Assembly (NCBI GenBank): GCA_017438635.1
Contig: JAFRUZ010000002.1
Span: 67,232-131,231 of the forward strand
Origin: Bacilli bacterium
Lineage (GTDB): Bacteria > Bacillota_I > Bacilli_A > RF39 > UBA660
Length of the DNA: 64,000 bases
Reading direction: 5' to 3'
The notes under the pieces are model-generated. The model ran no database searches. It was not told where the DNA came from and worked only from the letters and a program-made list of their open reading frames with translations. Positions 41,565 through 49,803 of the stretch are shown one piece after another. A program made the translations under genes and the position numbers. Position 1 is the first letter of the stretch. The number at the start of each line of letters is the position of its first letter.

Positions 41565-42143
41565 ATGAAAGTAAGTAACACGTCCCAGCGTCTTAAAGAA
41601 GCTATGAATAAAAAGGGACTTAAGCAAGTTGATATACTTAATCGTATACAACCTTTATGCGAAAAATACAATATTAAAATGGGTAGTAATGATCTCAGCC
41701 AATACGTAACTGGTAAAGTCGAGCCGTCGCAAAAAAAGCTAAAAGCATTAGCCGAAGCACTTGACACTAACGAAATATGGCTTATGGGATATAATGTAAC
41801 GGATAGCCCCGATTTAAAAATACTTGAAAAAGAAGATTATCTTGTAATGCCTATGGATATAGAAAAAGCGGGTATTAAAAAAGGTAATAAAATAAAAACA
41901 AAAGATTTAATGACATTGATCAAAGGTTTAATCTTTTTAAATGACCAATATAAAAAAGATAATAAAGAATTAGAAAAACTAGGAGAAAAGTTAGAAAATA
42001 ATATTATTACCGAAGAAGAGTTTAAGCGATTAAAATATTTAATGGAAGAAAATAAAAAAGATATTGATAATCAGTTTAAAGAAATGGTGGCTAATATCAT
42101 TGTTAAAGACACTGAAAATAAAGGAGACTTAAAAAATGAATAA
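41565..42143 (+). CDS. cI-like XRE-family HTH repressor without an S24 peptidase domain
   Basis: 192 aa from the ATG at 41565 after GAGGTGG. SQRLKEAMNKKGLKQVDIL...LSQYVTGKVEPSQKKLKALAEAL is an XRE HTH. The C-terminal half is charged coiled-coil, with no Ser/Lys peptidase motifs. Confidence 0.75.
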   Translation: MKVSNTSQRLKEAMNKKGLKQVDILNRIQPLCEKYNIKMGSNDLSQYVTGKVEPSQKKLKALAEALDTNEIWLMGYNVTDSPDLKILEKEDYLVMPMDIEKAGIKKGNKIKTKDLMTLIKGLIFLNDQYKKDNKELEKLGEKLENNIITEEEFKRLKYLMEENKKDIDNQFKEMVANIIVKDTENKGDLKNE

Positions 42144-42603
42144 TCAAGTATTTTGTTCTAATTGTAATACTGAGCTTAGTGCTGACGATAAGTTTTGTTA
42201 TAAATGCGGGAAGCAAGTTCAAAAAGAAAATGATTTTTGGGCGTCAGTTGTAAGTTCAGCTAAAACTATAAACGAGCAAGCTAAAGCTAATATTAAAACA
42301 AACAAAGAAAATAAGAAAATGAAAAATACTATAAGATGTACAATGATCCTAAATAATATAAATGATAGTAGAAAAAAAGTAGGTAGTTCAGTTGTTAGAG
42401 GTGGTATAGTAGGAGCTGTTGGTAGTGCTATTAACCCTCTCGTTGGTGTTGCTGGTATAGCAGGAGGGGCTATGAGCGGTAAGAATAAAGTTCAAAGTTC
42501 TACTACATTTTTAATAGAATATGAAGACGGTCATAGGGAGACCAAAATAGTAAAAAATAATTCAGCTGATTATAACAAATTAGTACAATATTTGAAAATG
42601 TAA
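42136..42603 (+). CDS. zinc-ribbon protein with a glycine-zipper segment (lysogeny-expressed cargo)
   Basis: 155 aa. CSNCNTELSADDKFCYKCG zinc ribbon. GGIVGAVGSAINPLVGVAGIAGGAMSG GxxxG-type zipper. Start overlaps the repressor stop by 8 nt. Confidence 0.6.
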   Translation: MNNQVFCSNCNTELSADDKFCYKCGKQVQKENDFWASVVSSAKTINEQAKANIKTNKENKKMKNTIRCTMILNNINDSRKKVGSSVVRGGIVGAVGSAINPLVGVAGIAGGAMSGKNKVQSSTTFLIEYEDGHRETKIVKNNSADYNKLVQYLKM

Positions 42604-42742
42604 AAAAAAGAGTTAGTGCGGTAACACTAACCCAAAACGCAATAATGCGTACACAAATAAAAATATCAGTCAAGACAATTCTTTTTGTGTACCTTTATTG
42701 TACTAAATATTTAAACAAAATGCAATAAGGGAGATGTTAAAA

Positions 42743-43957
42743 ATGGCAATTTTTCAAAAGAAAGATAAAAACGGTAAAGTTATATATACTAAAGATAAAA
42801 AATCGTGGTGTTTTAGAGTATATTATACGGATCTATACGGTAATAGAAAACAATACAATTCAGGTCGCTATAGTAAACAAAAAATAGCCGAAGAAGAACA
42901 ACGAAAGTTTTTAAATGAAAATGATTATGGAAATAAAGAGCCAACTATTAGAATAACGTTAGACGATTTGTTTAATGAGTATGAAAAATATAGAACAAGT
43001 GTTAAAAACAAAGATAGCTCCAACTATAGTGATTATATAAATTACAATAATCATATATCCCCTATTTTAGGAAAATGTGATATTAAAAAATTATCATTAC
43101 TTGATATAAGAAGATTTCAAGATTATATGAATAAAAAAACATATAAGAATAATAAGTTATACTCATACCAATTTAAAACTAAAGTTCATAGTTTATTATC
43201 TTGTGTTTTAGAATATGCTGTATCTATGGGATATATACGCGAAAACGTAGCTAAAAGATATGGTAACTTTAAACACAAAAACGACGAGGTTGTATCCAAA
43301 AATGAGGATCTACTATACCAAACACCTTTAGAGTTTGAAAGATTTATTGATGTCGTAGACAAGTTTAACTGGAAAGTTTGGTTTAGTTTCTTATACTGGA
43401 CAGGGTGTCGAAAAGGAGAAATACAAGCTATTACATTTAAAGATATAGATTTTGATAATAACTTAATTATAATAAACAAAAACCTATCTAACAAAATAAA
43501 AGGTGGTGGTTATAAAATAACTAACACAAAAAATAGAAAAACTCGTATAATTGCATTATTACCCCAATTAAGACCTATTTTGCTTGAGTGGTGTAATCAT
43601 AACAAAAATTATAAAAACTTCTCGGAGGACTGGTTTTTATTTGGAAATACTACTTATTACGCTAATACAACTATAGATAATGTAAAAAAATATTATTATG
43701 ATATATTAGAAAAATTATACCCAAAAGAAAATATAACAAGATTAACTATACATCAGTTTGGTAGACACTCACACGCTAGTTTACTAATATCGTTAGGTGT
43801 AACGGATCAAGCTATCGCCAAAAGACTTGGAGATACGGTAGAGGTTATTAGAAGAACATATGCTCACTTATTCCCAACGTATAATGACGATATTTTAACT
43901 ATCGTTACTGACGAAAAAATAGATATTTTAAATGAGAAAATGAAAAAATATTTATAA
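42743..43957 (+). CDS. int: tyrosine integrase
   Basis: About 404 aa from the ATG at 42743 after AAGGGAG. WTGCRKGE (Arg box), HQFGRHSHASLLISLG (H-x-x-R), VIRRTYAHL (catalytic Tyr). Adjacent to attR. Confidence 0.9.
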   Translation: MAIFQKKDKNGKVIYTKDKKSWCFRVYYTDLYGNRKQYNSGRYSKQKIAEEEQRKFLNENDYGNKEPTIRITLDDLFNEYEKYRTSVKNKDSSNYSDYINYNNHISPILGKCDIKKLSLLDIRRFQDYMNKKTYKNNKLYSYQFKTKVHSLLSCVLEYAVSMGYIRENVAKRYGNFKHKNDEVVSKNEDLLYQTPLEFERFIDVVDKFNWKVWFSFLYWTGCRKGEIQAITFKDIDFDNNLIIINKNLSNKIKGGGYKITNTKNRKTRIIALLPQLRPILLEWCNHNKNYKNFSEDWFLFGNTTYYANTTIDNVKKYYYDILEKLYPKENITRLTIHQFGRHSHASLLISLGVTDQAIAKRLGDTVEVIRRTYAHLFPTYNDDILTIVTDEKIDILNEKMKKYL

Positions 43958-43960
43958 AAT

Positions 43961-43984
43961 TAAGACATATTTAAGACATAAAAC
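43961..43984 (+). repeat. candidate integrase arm-type binding site (attR side)
   Basis: TAAGACATATTTAAGACATAAAAC matches 9235-9258 at 22 of 24 positions. Confidence 0.45.
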
Positions 43985-43989
43985 TATTT

Positions 43990-44020
43990 TTGCAAAAGAA
44001 AACCCTTATAAAATAAGGGC
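43990..44020 (-). terminator. phage-borne rho-independent terminator positioned to terminate the host tRNA operon
   Basis: Minus strand CCCTTAT-TTT-ATAAGGG followed by TTTTCTTTTG, beginning 14 nt after the tRNA-Pro 3' end. In the plus orientation it has no U-tract. Confidence 0.55.
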
Positions 44021-44030
44021 AATATACATA

Positions 44031-44048
44031 AATGGTCGGGAAGACAGG
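44031..44048. repeat. attR core (18-bp direct repeat)
   Basis: AATGGTCGGGAAGACAGG is identical to 9112-9129. Covers the last 16 nt of tRNA-Pro plus 2 nt. Confidence 0.85.
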
Positions 44049-44109
44049 ATTTGAACCTGCAACCCCTTGGTCCCAAACCAAATGCTCTACCAAGTTGAGC
44101 CACTTCCCG
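44033..44109 (-). tRNA. tRNA-Pro(UGG): tRNA-Pro (anticodon UGG), CCA encoded
   Basis: Hand-folded. Acceptor CGGGAAG/CTTCCCG, D-arm GCTC..GAGC, anticodon stem TTTGG/CCAAG with loop TTTGGGA, T-arm GCAGG-TTCAAAT-CCTGT, discriminator A, then CCA. Confidence 0.9.
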
Positions 44110-44114
44110 ATATA

Positions 44115-44191
<77 letters not shown>

Positions 44192-44221
44192 AACTGAGCA
44201 TCTCTCTTCCAATGCCCTTTA

Positions 44222-44250
44222 ATTATACACTATATTTTTTTATTTTTCAA
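44222..44250 (-). promoter_or_regulatory. near-consensus sigma-A promoter of the tRNA-Arg/tRNA-Pro operon
   Basis: Minus strand TTGAAA (44250-44245), 17-nt spacer, TATAAT (44227-44222), about 30 nt upstream of tRNA-Arg. Overlaps the 3' end of the upstream CDS. Confidence 0.6.
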
Positions 44251-45139
44251 TAGTTTTTACTAATTTTTTATTATTATTAACAAGTATTATTATCTTATCT
44301 AAATCATAATTATTAGTAATTGAAGAGGTTATCAAATGAATCTCATCTTCATCTATATCCTGATTTAGATTAACAGTAATAGTTTTTTTATCTATTCTAT
44401 AATCTATCAGTCTAACTCCATCAATCAAACTTATCAAAGATTTATCTAGAACAGGAGAATATAAATCATCAAATATAATCTCTAGTTTTTCTCTAGTATC
44501 ATTAGTATATTTAGTAACAGGAACTTCACAAAACAAATCATCACATTCCATAAAATATGTCATAACTACTTTAACTATATCATTAGTATTATTTATTTCA
44601 TATTTTTTATTTATACCGAAATCTTTAGTTAAAACAACAGGTAATTCTTTTTTTGTATGTGGAACATATCTTAATAGTTTTCCATCTACATATATTTCAA
44701 TACCTAGTATGTTTTCATCAGTTATAGTATAAATAATAGCTTCTATCATTTTCTCTGCTTGTTCATCACTTATATTAATTAGTTCACGAGAAAAGTATAT
44801 TTTAACTAATGAATCTTCAACAATTACATCAAGTATTTTAGTATTTTCTGGGAGTATCGGTTTAAAATAGCTCGGTAAAAGAGCATTTTTATTATTTTCT
44901 TTCACCATAATCTCTAGTTTTTCTTTTATTTTATCTTCTAAAGTAAAAAACTTACCAACATATACTTCAGTCTTAGCCACATAATTATCTTGATTTAAAG
45001 TATATATTGTTTCTTTTTCAGTATCCTCTTCTTTTATCTTTTCATTAAAAGATATTACTTTTATATTACAGAGAGTAAACACAATAAAAAACACTACAGT
45101 AGTAATAAATACTTTATTAAAAGCTTTTCTTTTTAACAT
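44240..45139 (-). CDS. GerM-like sporulation/germination protein (two GerMN-like halves)
   Basis: 299 aa. N-terminal TM/signal. Segments such as VEDSLVKIYFSRELINISDEQAEKMIEAIIYTIT fit the GerMN pattern. The gerE neighbourhood mirrors Bacillus subtilis gerE/gerM proximity. Confidence 0.45.
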   Translation of the reverse strand: MLKRKAFNKVFITTVVFFIVFTLCNIKVISFNEKIKEEDTEKETIYTLNQDNYVAKTEVYVGKFFTLEDKIKEKLEIMVKENNKNALLPSYFKPILPENTKILDVIVEDSLVKIYFSRELINISDEQAEKMIEAIIYTITDENILGIEIYVDGKLLRYVPHTKKELPVVLTKDFGINKKYEINNTNDIVKVVMTYFMECDDLFCEVPVTKYTNDTREKLEIIFDDLYSPVLDKSLISLIDGVRLIDYRIDKKTITVNLNQDIDEDEIHLITSSITNNYDLDKIIILVNNNKKLVKTIEK

Positions 45140-45190
45140 AATATCTCCTTATTAATTAATATGAAAAGACATGCTTTTTTATAACATGTC

Positions 45191-45436
45191 TTAAAGTGTT
45201 ATCTCATTTAATTTTAATAATTCAACTACTGCAGAAGCTCTACCTTTAACCCCTAACTTTTGCATGACGTTAGATATATGATTTCTAACAGTTTTTTCAC
45301 TTATCATTAATTCATTAGCTATATCTTTAGTAGTTTTATTTTTCACTAATAATTCGAACACTTCTCTTTCTCTTTTTGTAAGTATCATTTTGTACAATTC
45401 CCTCACTTTCCAAGTTGGGTGGCTTATATTGCTCAT
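45191..45436 (-). CDS. gerE: GerE-family LuxR-type HTH regulator
   Basis: 81 aa. LTKREREVFELLVKNKTTKDIANELMISEKTVRNHISNVMQKLGVKGRASAV is a near-canonical GerE/LuxR HTH. Confidence 0.75.
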   Translation of the reverse strand: MSNISHPTWKVRELYKMILTKREREVFELLVKNKTTKDIANELMISEKTVRNHISNVMQKLGVKGRASAVVELLKLNEITL

Positions 45437-45473
45437 ATTATTTTATGAAAGTATCCCCAATTGTGTGAAAGAA

Positions 45474-45971
45474 TCAGGAGAATTTTACTGATATACTCAT
45501 AGGATCACTAAACTGAGCCTGTACTGTTCTCATTATTTTATTTGCAAGTTTTATATCATGTTCCTTTCCTTCAACTACTACCTCTACTTTAGAATCATCC
45601 TGCTTAACATAGGCTTCTAATGAATACTCATCCTTTATCTTTTTACTAATTGCTTCTTCCGATGCTTTATTATCATTAATTTCTTTCATCTCTTCATACG
45701 CTCTATTTTTTTCTTCACTAGTTTTAGTATCATCATTTAAAACAGCCTGCAACGTATCTAATATCTCTGCTCTTTCTGAATCAAGTTCAACCTTTAAAGT
45801 CTCAACATAACTTATATTCTGTTTACTAACTTCTGAAGTTTCCTCTTTATCACTTTCAGTAACAATATCTTCATTTTTAAATATTTCATTTGGCATAGTA
45901 ATATAATATACACTTAATACTAGTATTAAACTAAATAATGTTAAAAACCATAATCCTTGTTTATTTATCAT
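45474..45971 (-). CDS. spoIIIAH: stage III sporulation protein AH-like
   Basis: 165 aa. MINKQGLWFLTLFSLILVLSVYYI parallels B. subtilis SpoIIIAH MLKKQTVWLLTMLSLVVVLSVYYI. Acidic linker and a C-terminal YscJ-like domain pattern. Confidence 0.7.
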   Translation of the reverse strand: MINKQGLWFLTLFSLILVLSVYYITMPNEIFKNEDIVTESDKEETSEVSKQNISYVETLKVELDSERAEILDTLQAVLNDDTKTSEEKNRAYEEMKEINDNKASEEAISKKIKDEYSLEAYVKQDDSKVEVVVEGKEHDIKLANKIMRTVQAQFSDPMSISVKFS

Positions 45972-46030
45972 ATATTTTCCTCCTGGTAAAGTATATGAAT
46001 TGTTTTTATAAATAATACAAAAAAAGATGA

Positions 46031-46597
46031 TTAATTCATCTTTCTTTTATTACTCATCATTATATCTAATTGTTTATTATTCAGTTCCTCAATAGCGGAT
46101 TCTTTAATATCATCACATAATGTTTTAACTTTGTATCCTAATTCAAACATTTCACCAGCTTTACCCTTCAACATATCTAGATAAACAGCATAACCTTCTT
46201 TAGTAGTTTCATACCCTGTAATCATTACATATGTATCTAATTCTTCACCGTTTAATGCATCATTTTTTCCTAGTTTACATAATAAACCAATTTGATAACC
46301 TTCTTCAAAAGCAGTATTATCATCACCCTTCAATAGTAAAGAATCTACTGTATAATTTTCTTTAGCAGCTTTATAACCCATTATTGTAATATAAGATTTT
46401 CTAATACTATTGAACTTCTTTTTTCTAGAATCACTTTCTTTAGAAGCTTCTCTTTGTCTTGCCTTTTTACCAGAACGATAACCACTGACAAAAAATTCTC
46501 TACATTGTTGATCTTCTTCCAGTATAGAATACTCAAGTCTAACATTAAAATATCCTTCTTGCTTACCTATTACATATGATTCAACTACATCGTTCAT
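46031..46597 (-). CDS. hypothetical cytoplasmic protein with an internal duplication
   Basis: 188 aa. ITIMGYKAAKENYTVDSLLLKGDDNTAFEEGYQIGLLCKLG and VMITGYETTKEGYAVYLDMLKGKAGEMFELGYKVKTLCDD are clear repeats. Confidence 0.55.
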   Translation of the reverse strand: MNDVVESYVIGKQEGYFNVRLEYSILEEDQQCREFFVSGYRSGKKARQREASKESDSRKKKFNSIRKSYITIMGYKAAKENYTVDSLLLKGDDNTAFEEGYQIGLLCKLGKNDALNGEELDTYVMITGYETTKEGYAVYLDMLKGKAGEMFELGYKVKTLCDDIKESAIEELNNKQLDIMMSNKRKMN

Positions 46598-46629
46598 ATA
46601 AACATTCCTTTCTTCCTCAAAAAAAGAGC

Positions 46630-47187
46630 TTATGCTCTAGATACATATTTGCCATCTTTTGTAGAAACAATTATTTTTTCCCCTTCGTTAATAAACAAAG
46701 GTACTCTTATTTCATAACCAGTTTCAAGAGTTGCGTCTTTAGTGGCACTTTGTGACGTATTACCTTTTACTGCTGGTTCAGTATGTATAATTTCTAATTC
46801 TATCTTATCAGGAAGTGAAAGTCCTAAAACTTCTCCTTCATAAAAAGTTATATCTAAATCTTGATTTTCTTTTAAAAATTTAACATCATCACCAATAGTT
46901 TTCTTATTAAGATCAACTTGAGAATAATCTTGCATATTCATAAAAGTATAATCATCACCAGTGTTATATAAATATTGCATTGGTTTCTTTTCAATTCTAG
47001 CAGTTTCAACTTTTACACCAGAGTTAAATGTATACTCAATTGTAGAACCAGTTCTTAAATTCTTTAATTTAGTTCTAACAAATGCAGCACCTTTACCTGG
47101 TTTTACATGTTGAAATTCAAGTACTGTATAAATGTTATCATCTAGTTTTATAGTCATTCCTGTTTTAAAATCATTAACATTAATCAT
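46630..47187 (-). CDS. efp: elongation factor P
   Basis: 185 aa. NDFKTGMTI...VLEFQHVKPGKGAAFVRTKLKNLRTG is canonical EF-P. Confidence 0.95.
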   Translation of the reverse strand: MINVNDFKTGMTIKLDDNIYTVLEFQHVKPGKGAAFVRTKLKNLRTGSTIEYTFNSGVKVETARIEKKPMQYLYNTGDDYTFMNMQDYSQVDLNKKTIGDDVKFLKENQDLDITFYEGEVLGLSLPDKIELEIIHTEPAVKGNTSQSATKDATLETGYEIRVPLFINEGEKIIVSTKDGKYVSRA

Positions 47188-47202
47188 TTAAATCACTCAC
47201 CT

Positions 47203-47367
47203 TTATTTTTCTTCTTTAAAGTTAGTATGTTTTTTACATTTAGGACAATATTTACTTAGTTCTAAACGTTCTGGAGTGTTCTTTACATTTTTATCCATAC
47301 GATAACTATATGTCTTGCATTCAGTGCAAGTAAATGTCTTGTATTGTCTATTTCCTACTTTTGCCAT
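47203..47367 (-). CDS. rpmG: 50S ribosomal protein L33 (Cys4 zinc form)
   Basis: Not in the track. Manual translation: MAKVGNRQYKTFTCTECKTYSYRMDKNVKNTPERLELSKYCPKCKKHTNFKEEK. RBS GAGGAGGG. Confidence 0.85.
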   Translation of the reverse strand: MAKVGNRQYKTFTCTECKTYSYRMDKNVKNTPERLELSKYCPKCKKHTNFKEEK

Positions 47368-47407
47368 GATAATCCCTCCTCATTTCCATAAGTATTATAT
47401 CAGATTT

Positions 47408-47436
47408 TTAAAAAAAAGCAAAAGTTTTTTTGCTTT
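47408..47436 (-). terminator. rho-independent terminator after the PBP gene
   Basis: Minus strand AAAGCAAAA-AAAC-TTTTGCTTT followed by T8, immediately after the TAA at 47437-47439. Confidence 0.6.
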
Positions 47437-49503
47437 TTATCTCTTTTTTCCATTTTTATCATATAGTGAAAAATAAATAGTTGTGGCTTTGGACACAATC
47501 ATTTGATTTGCATAGCTTTTATATTTACCTCCACGAGGATTCTGAATATCAGGAAAAGCTGCTGCAATTGACATGGTAGGTTTATCTGTTGGAGCATATC
47601 CTACGAAATTATTACTGATACTTGGAACATCTATATCACCATCATCATCTAAATCTACAAATGACTCACTAGTACCCGTTTTACCAGAAGGATTAGGAGC
47701 ACTATTCATATACCCAACACCCGTTCCTCGAGTCATAACATTTTTAAAGCCAAGTCTTACTCTATTTATATATTTTTTATCAACACCTAAAGTATTTAAA
47801 ACATTAGGTTTAACATCATAAAGCTTTTTATTATCAGACATAACAGACTTTAAAAAATGAGTTTTATATCGCTTACCTCCATTAGCAATAGTAGAAACAT
47901 ATTGTGAAAGTTGAAGCGGTGTATAGGTATCATATTGACCTATAGCAAAATTAATGAGTAAATCTCCAGAACGATTATCACTTTTATATCCATCTTCTTC
48001 TTTAGGATAATCTATACCTGTTTTTACACCAAGACCAAATCTATAAAACATATTACGATATGTGTCAAAAGCTTTTTGTTTTATTTTCAATTGTTTGCCA
48101 GGATAGTAATCAAAACCTCCCACATCCATTGCTATTTTATACTGATATACATTTGATGAAAGAGCAAGTGCATCTATATCGTTTATATACCCTAAAGTTT
48201 TCCAAGAACACTTTTCAGGCAGGTTATACAAATATATACAAGAATCTTGTTTATAATCTCCTATTTTTAATTTACCAGTATTATAGCCTACCATTATACT
48301 AGCACCTTTTACTACACTACCTGGAGTAATAGTTGATAAAAAATTACCTTCACTAATATCATATGCTTTATATACTCCGTCTTTATTAATTAGTTTTTTG
48401 CCAGACATAGAAAGTATTTCTCCAGTATTGGGATTTTGTATTATTACATAACTTCTATTAAAATACTCAGTATTTGCCTCACGCTTAGCTTTCATAAGTT
48501 CTTTTTCTAACATGTTGTCAATAGATATTTGTAAATCAATGTCAATAGACAGTTTTATGTCAAGACCTTTTTTACCTTCCTCTACTAAAACATAATTATT
48601 GTGATCATCTAATTTATACTTTGCCTTTTCACCGTGCAATATATCTTCATAATACTTCTCTAAACCACTTATACCAACTCTATCATTTAAACTGTACCCT
48701 TTGTTTAAATAATCATCTGCATCTTCTTTTGGAATACCACTTTCATAACTCGATACATTTCCCAAAATAACGCGTAAAGTATCACCATATGGATAAAATC
48801 TTTCCCACTCTAGTTTAGTACTAAACCCTCTTAAAGAAGTATTTTCAGAAAAATATACATATTCTTTGTCAGAAACATTTTTATTCTTTATAATCTTCTC
48901 CTGATACGAGTACCCTTTATTCATTAAATAATATACATACGCTGCCCTTTTATCAACTTCTTTCATCTTTTTAATCTTATTCTTTTTTATTCTAGATATT
49001 TTAAGTTCATATATATCATCAAGAGAAAGTTTTCTATTTTTTAATTTCTCATATTCCGTAGAAGTAATAAGTTTATTAACTTCTTCTTCGTGCAAAAGAA
49101 CATAAAACTCTTTTAAACTTCTATTAGAAACATTACTATAATCAAGACTTAATATCTTAGATATTTTATATGCAATCTTAATCTCTTCTTCTGCAGTAAT
49201 ATCACTAGGTTTTTTATAATATATCGTCTTTACTACTTTATTATCTACTAAAACTTTACCATTTCTATCTAGTATCCTTCCTCTTGGAACACTTTCTCCA
49301 TATATATAATTAACAGTAGATTTGTTAAGCATCATTTTATAATAACTGCCCATAAATATATTTAAATAGACTATTCTTAACAAAATAATAAAAAAACAAA
49401 TAACAGTAAAAACAAGAATAATCTTAATTCTTGAATCATAATAAAAAAAAGAATTGTACTTTTTATTCTTAGTTATACTTATCATATTATTATTTTGTAT
49501 CAA
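47437..49503 (-). CDS. class B penicillin-binding protein (PBP2/SpoVD-like transpeptidase)
   Basis: 688 aa. N-terminal TM. TPGSVVK (SxxK), SSN and KTGTS motifs in order. Confidence 0.85.
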   Translation of the reverse strand: MIQNNNMISITKNKKYNSFFYYDSRIKIILVFTVICFFIILLRIVYLNIFMGSYYKMMLNKSTVNYIYGESVPRGRILDRNGKVLVDNKVVKTIYYKKPSDITAEEEIKIAYKISKILSLDYSNVSNRSLKEFYVLLHEEEVNKLITSTEYEKLKNRKLSLDDIYELKISRIKKNKIKKMKEVDKRAAYVYYLMNKGYSYQEKIIKNKNVSDKEYVYFSENTSLRGFSTKLEWERFYPYGDTLRVILGNVSSYESGIPKEDADDYLNKGYSLNDRVGISGLEKYYEDILHGEKAKYKLDDHNNYVLVEEGKKGLDIKLSIDIDLQISIDNMLEKELMKAKREANTEYFNRSYVIIQNPNTGEILSMSGKKLINKDGVYKAYDISEGNFLSTITPGSVVKGASIMVGYNTGKLKIGDYKQDSCIYLYNLPEKCSWKTLGYINDIDALALSSNVYQYKIAMDVGGFDYYPGKQLKIKQKAFDTYRNMFYRFGLGVKTGIDYPKEEDGYKSDNRSGDLLINFAIGQYDTYTPLQLSQYVSTIANGGKRYKTHFLKSVMSDNKKLYDVKPNVLNTLGVDKKYINRVRLGFKNVMTRGTGVGYMNSAPNPSGKTGTSESFVDLDDDGDIDVPSISNNFVGYAPTDKPTMSIAAAFPDIQNPRGGKYKSYANQMIVSKATTIYFSLYDKNGKKR

Positions 49504-49542
49504 AATATAATAAAAATTACATATAATTTTTTAGGTGATAAT

Positions 49543-49791
49543 ATGTATAAAAACTTAATCATTAATTATGCCAAAAATATGACTATTAATGATATAACTG
49601 AATTTACAAAAAAGAATAATATTACTATTTCAGAAGAAGATAAAATGACAATATATAATCATATAAAAAAATATTACAATGTGTTTTTTAATAATCCTAT
49701 AAGCTATATAAAAAAACTAAAAGGAACTATAAATGACGAAACATATTACAATATTTTAATTTTATATGATAAATACAAAGACCTATTATAA
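49543..49791 (+). CDS. small hypothetical protein (DUF2624-like pattern)
   Basis: 82 aa from the ATG at 49543 after AGGTGA: MYKNLIINYAKNMTINDITEFTKKNNITISEEDKMTIYNHIKKYY. Confidence 0.4.
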   Translation: MYKNLIINYAKNMTINDITEFTKKNNITISEEDKMTIYNHIKKYYNVFFNNPISYIKKLKGTINDETYYNILILYDKYKDLL

Positions 49792-49803
49792 AAAGGATAT
49801 AGA

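Larger units (their letters stand above)
9112..44048. mobile_element. integrated temperate siphovirus-like prophage (~34.9 kb) in tRNA-Pro(UGG)
   Basis: 18-bp direct repeats at both ends. Tyrosine integrase next to attR. cI/cro switch, replication, terminase, portal, capsid, tape measure, holin and endolysin modules, almost all on the minus strand. Looks less AT-rich than the flanks by eye. Confidence 0.9.

Noticed and set aside
41454-41767. Track ORFs 41454..41651 and 41495..41767 on the minus strand across the cI/cro intergenic region
   Set aside because: They run antisense through the repressor gene and across the divergent promoters and operators. No RBS is present. The region is better explained as the genetic switch.
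42604-42631. Hairpin GTTAGTG-CGGTAA-CACTAAC after the zinc-ribbon gene
   Set aside because: It has an A8 run upstream and no U-tract downstream, so it is canonical only for the minus strand, where I can identify no transcript that needs terminating. I cannot decide between a weak plus-strand terminator and a fortuitous or bidirectional element.
9112-44048. Search for reverse transcriptase/retron, DGR, toxin-antitoxin or known multi-gene defence systems inside the prophage
   Set aside because: I saw no RT motifs (YxDD), no template/variable repeat pair near the fibre genes, and no recognisable nuclease-ATPase defence pairs. Only the single-gene candidates listed in the findings remain.
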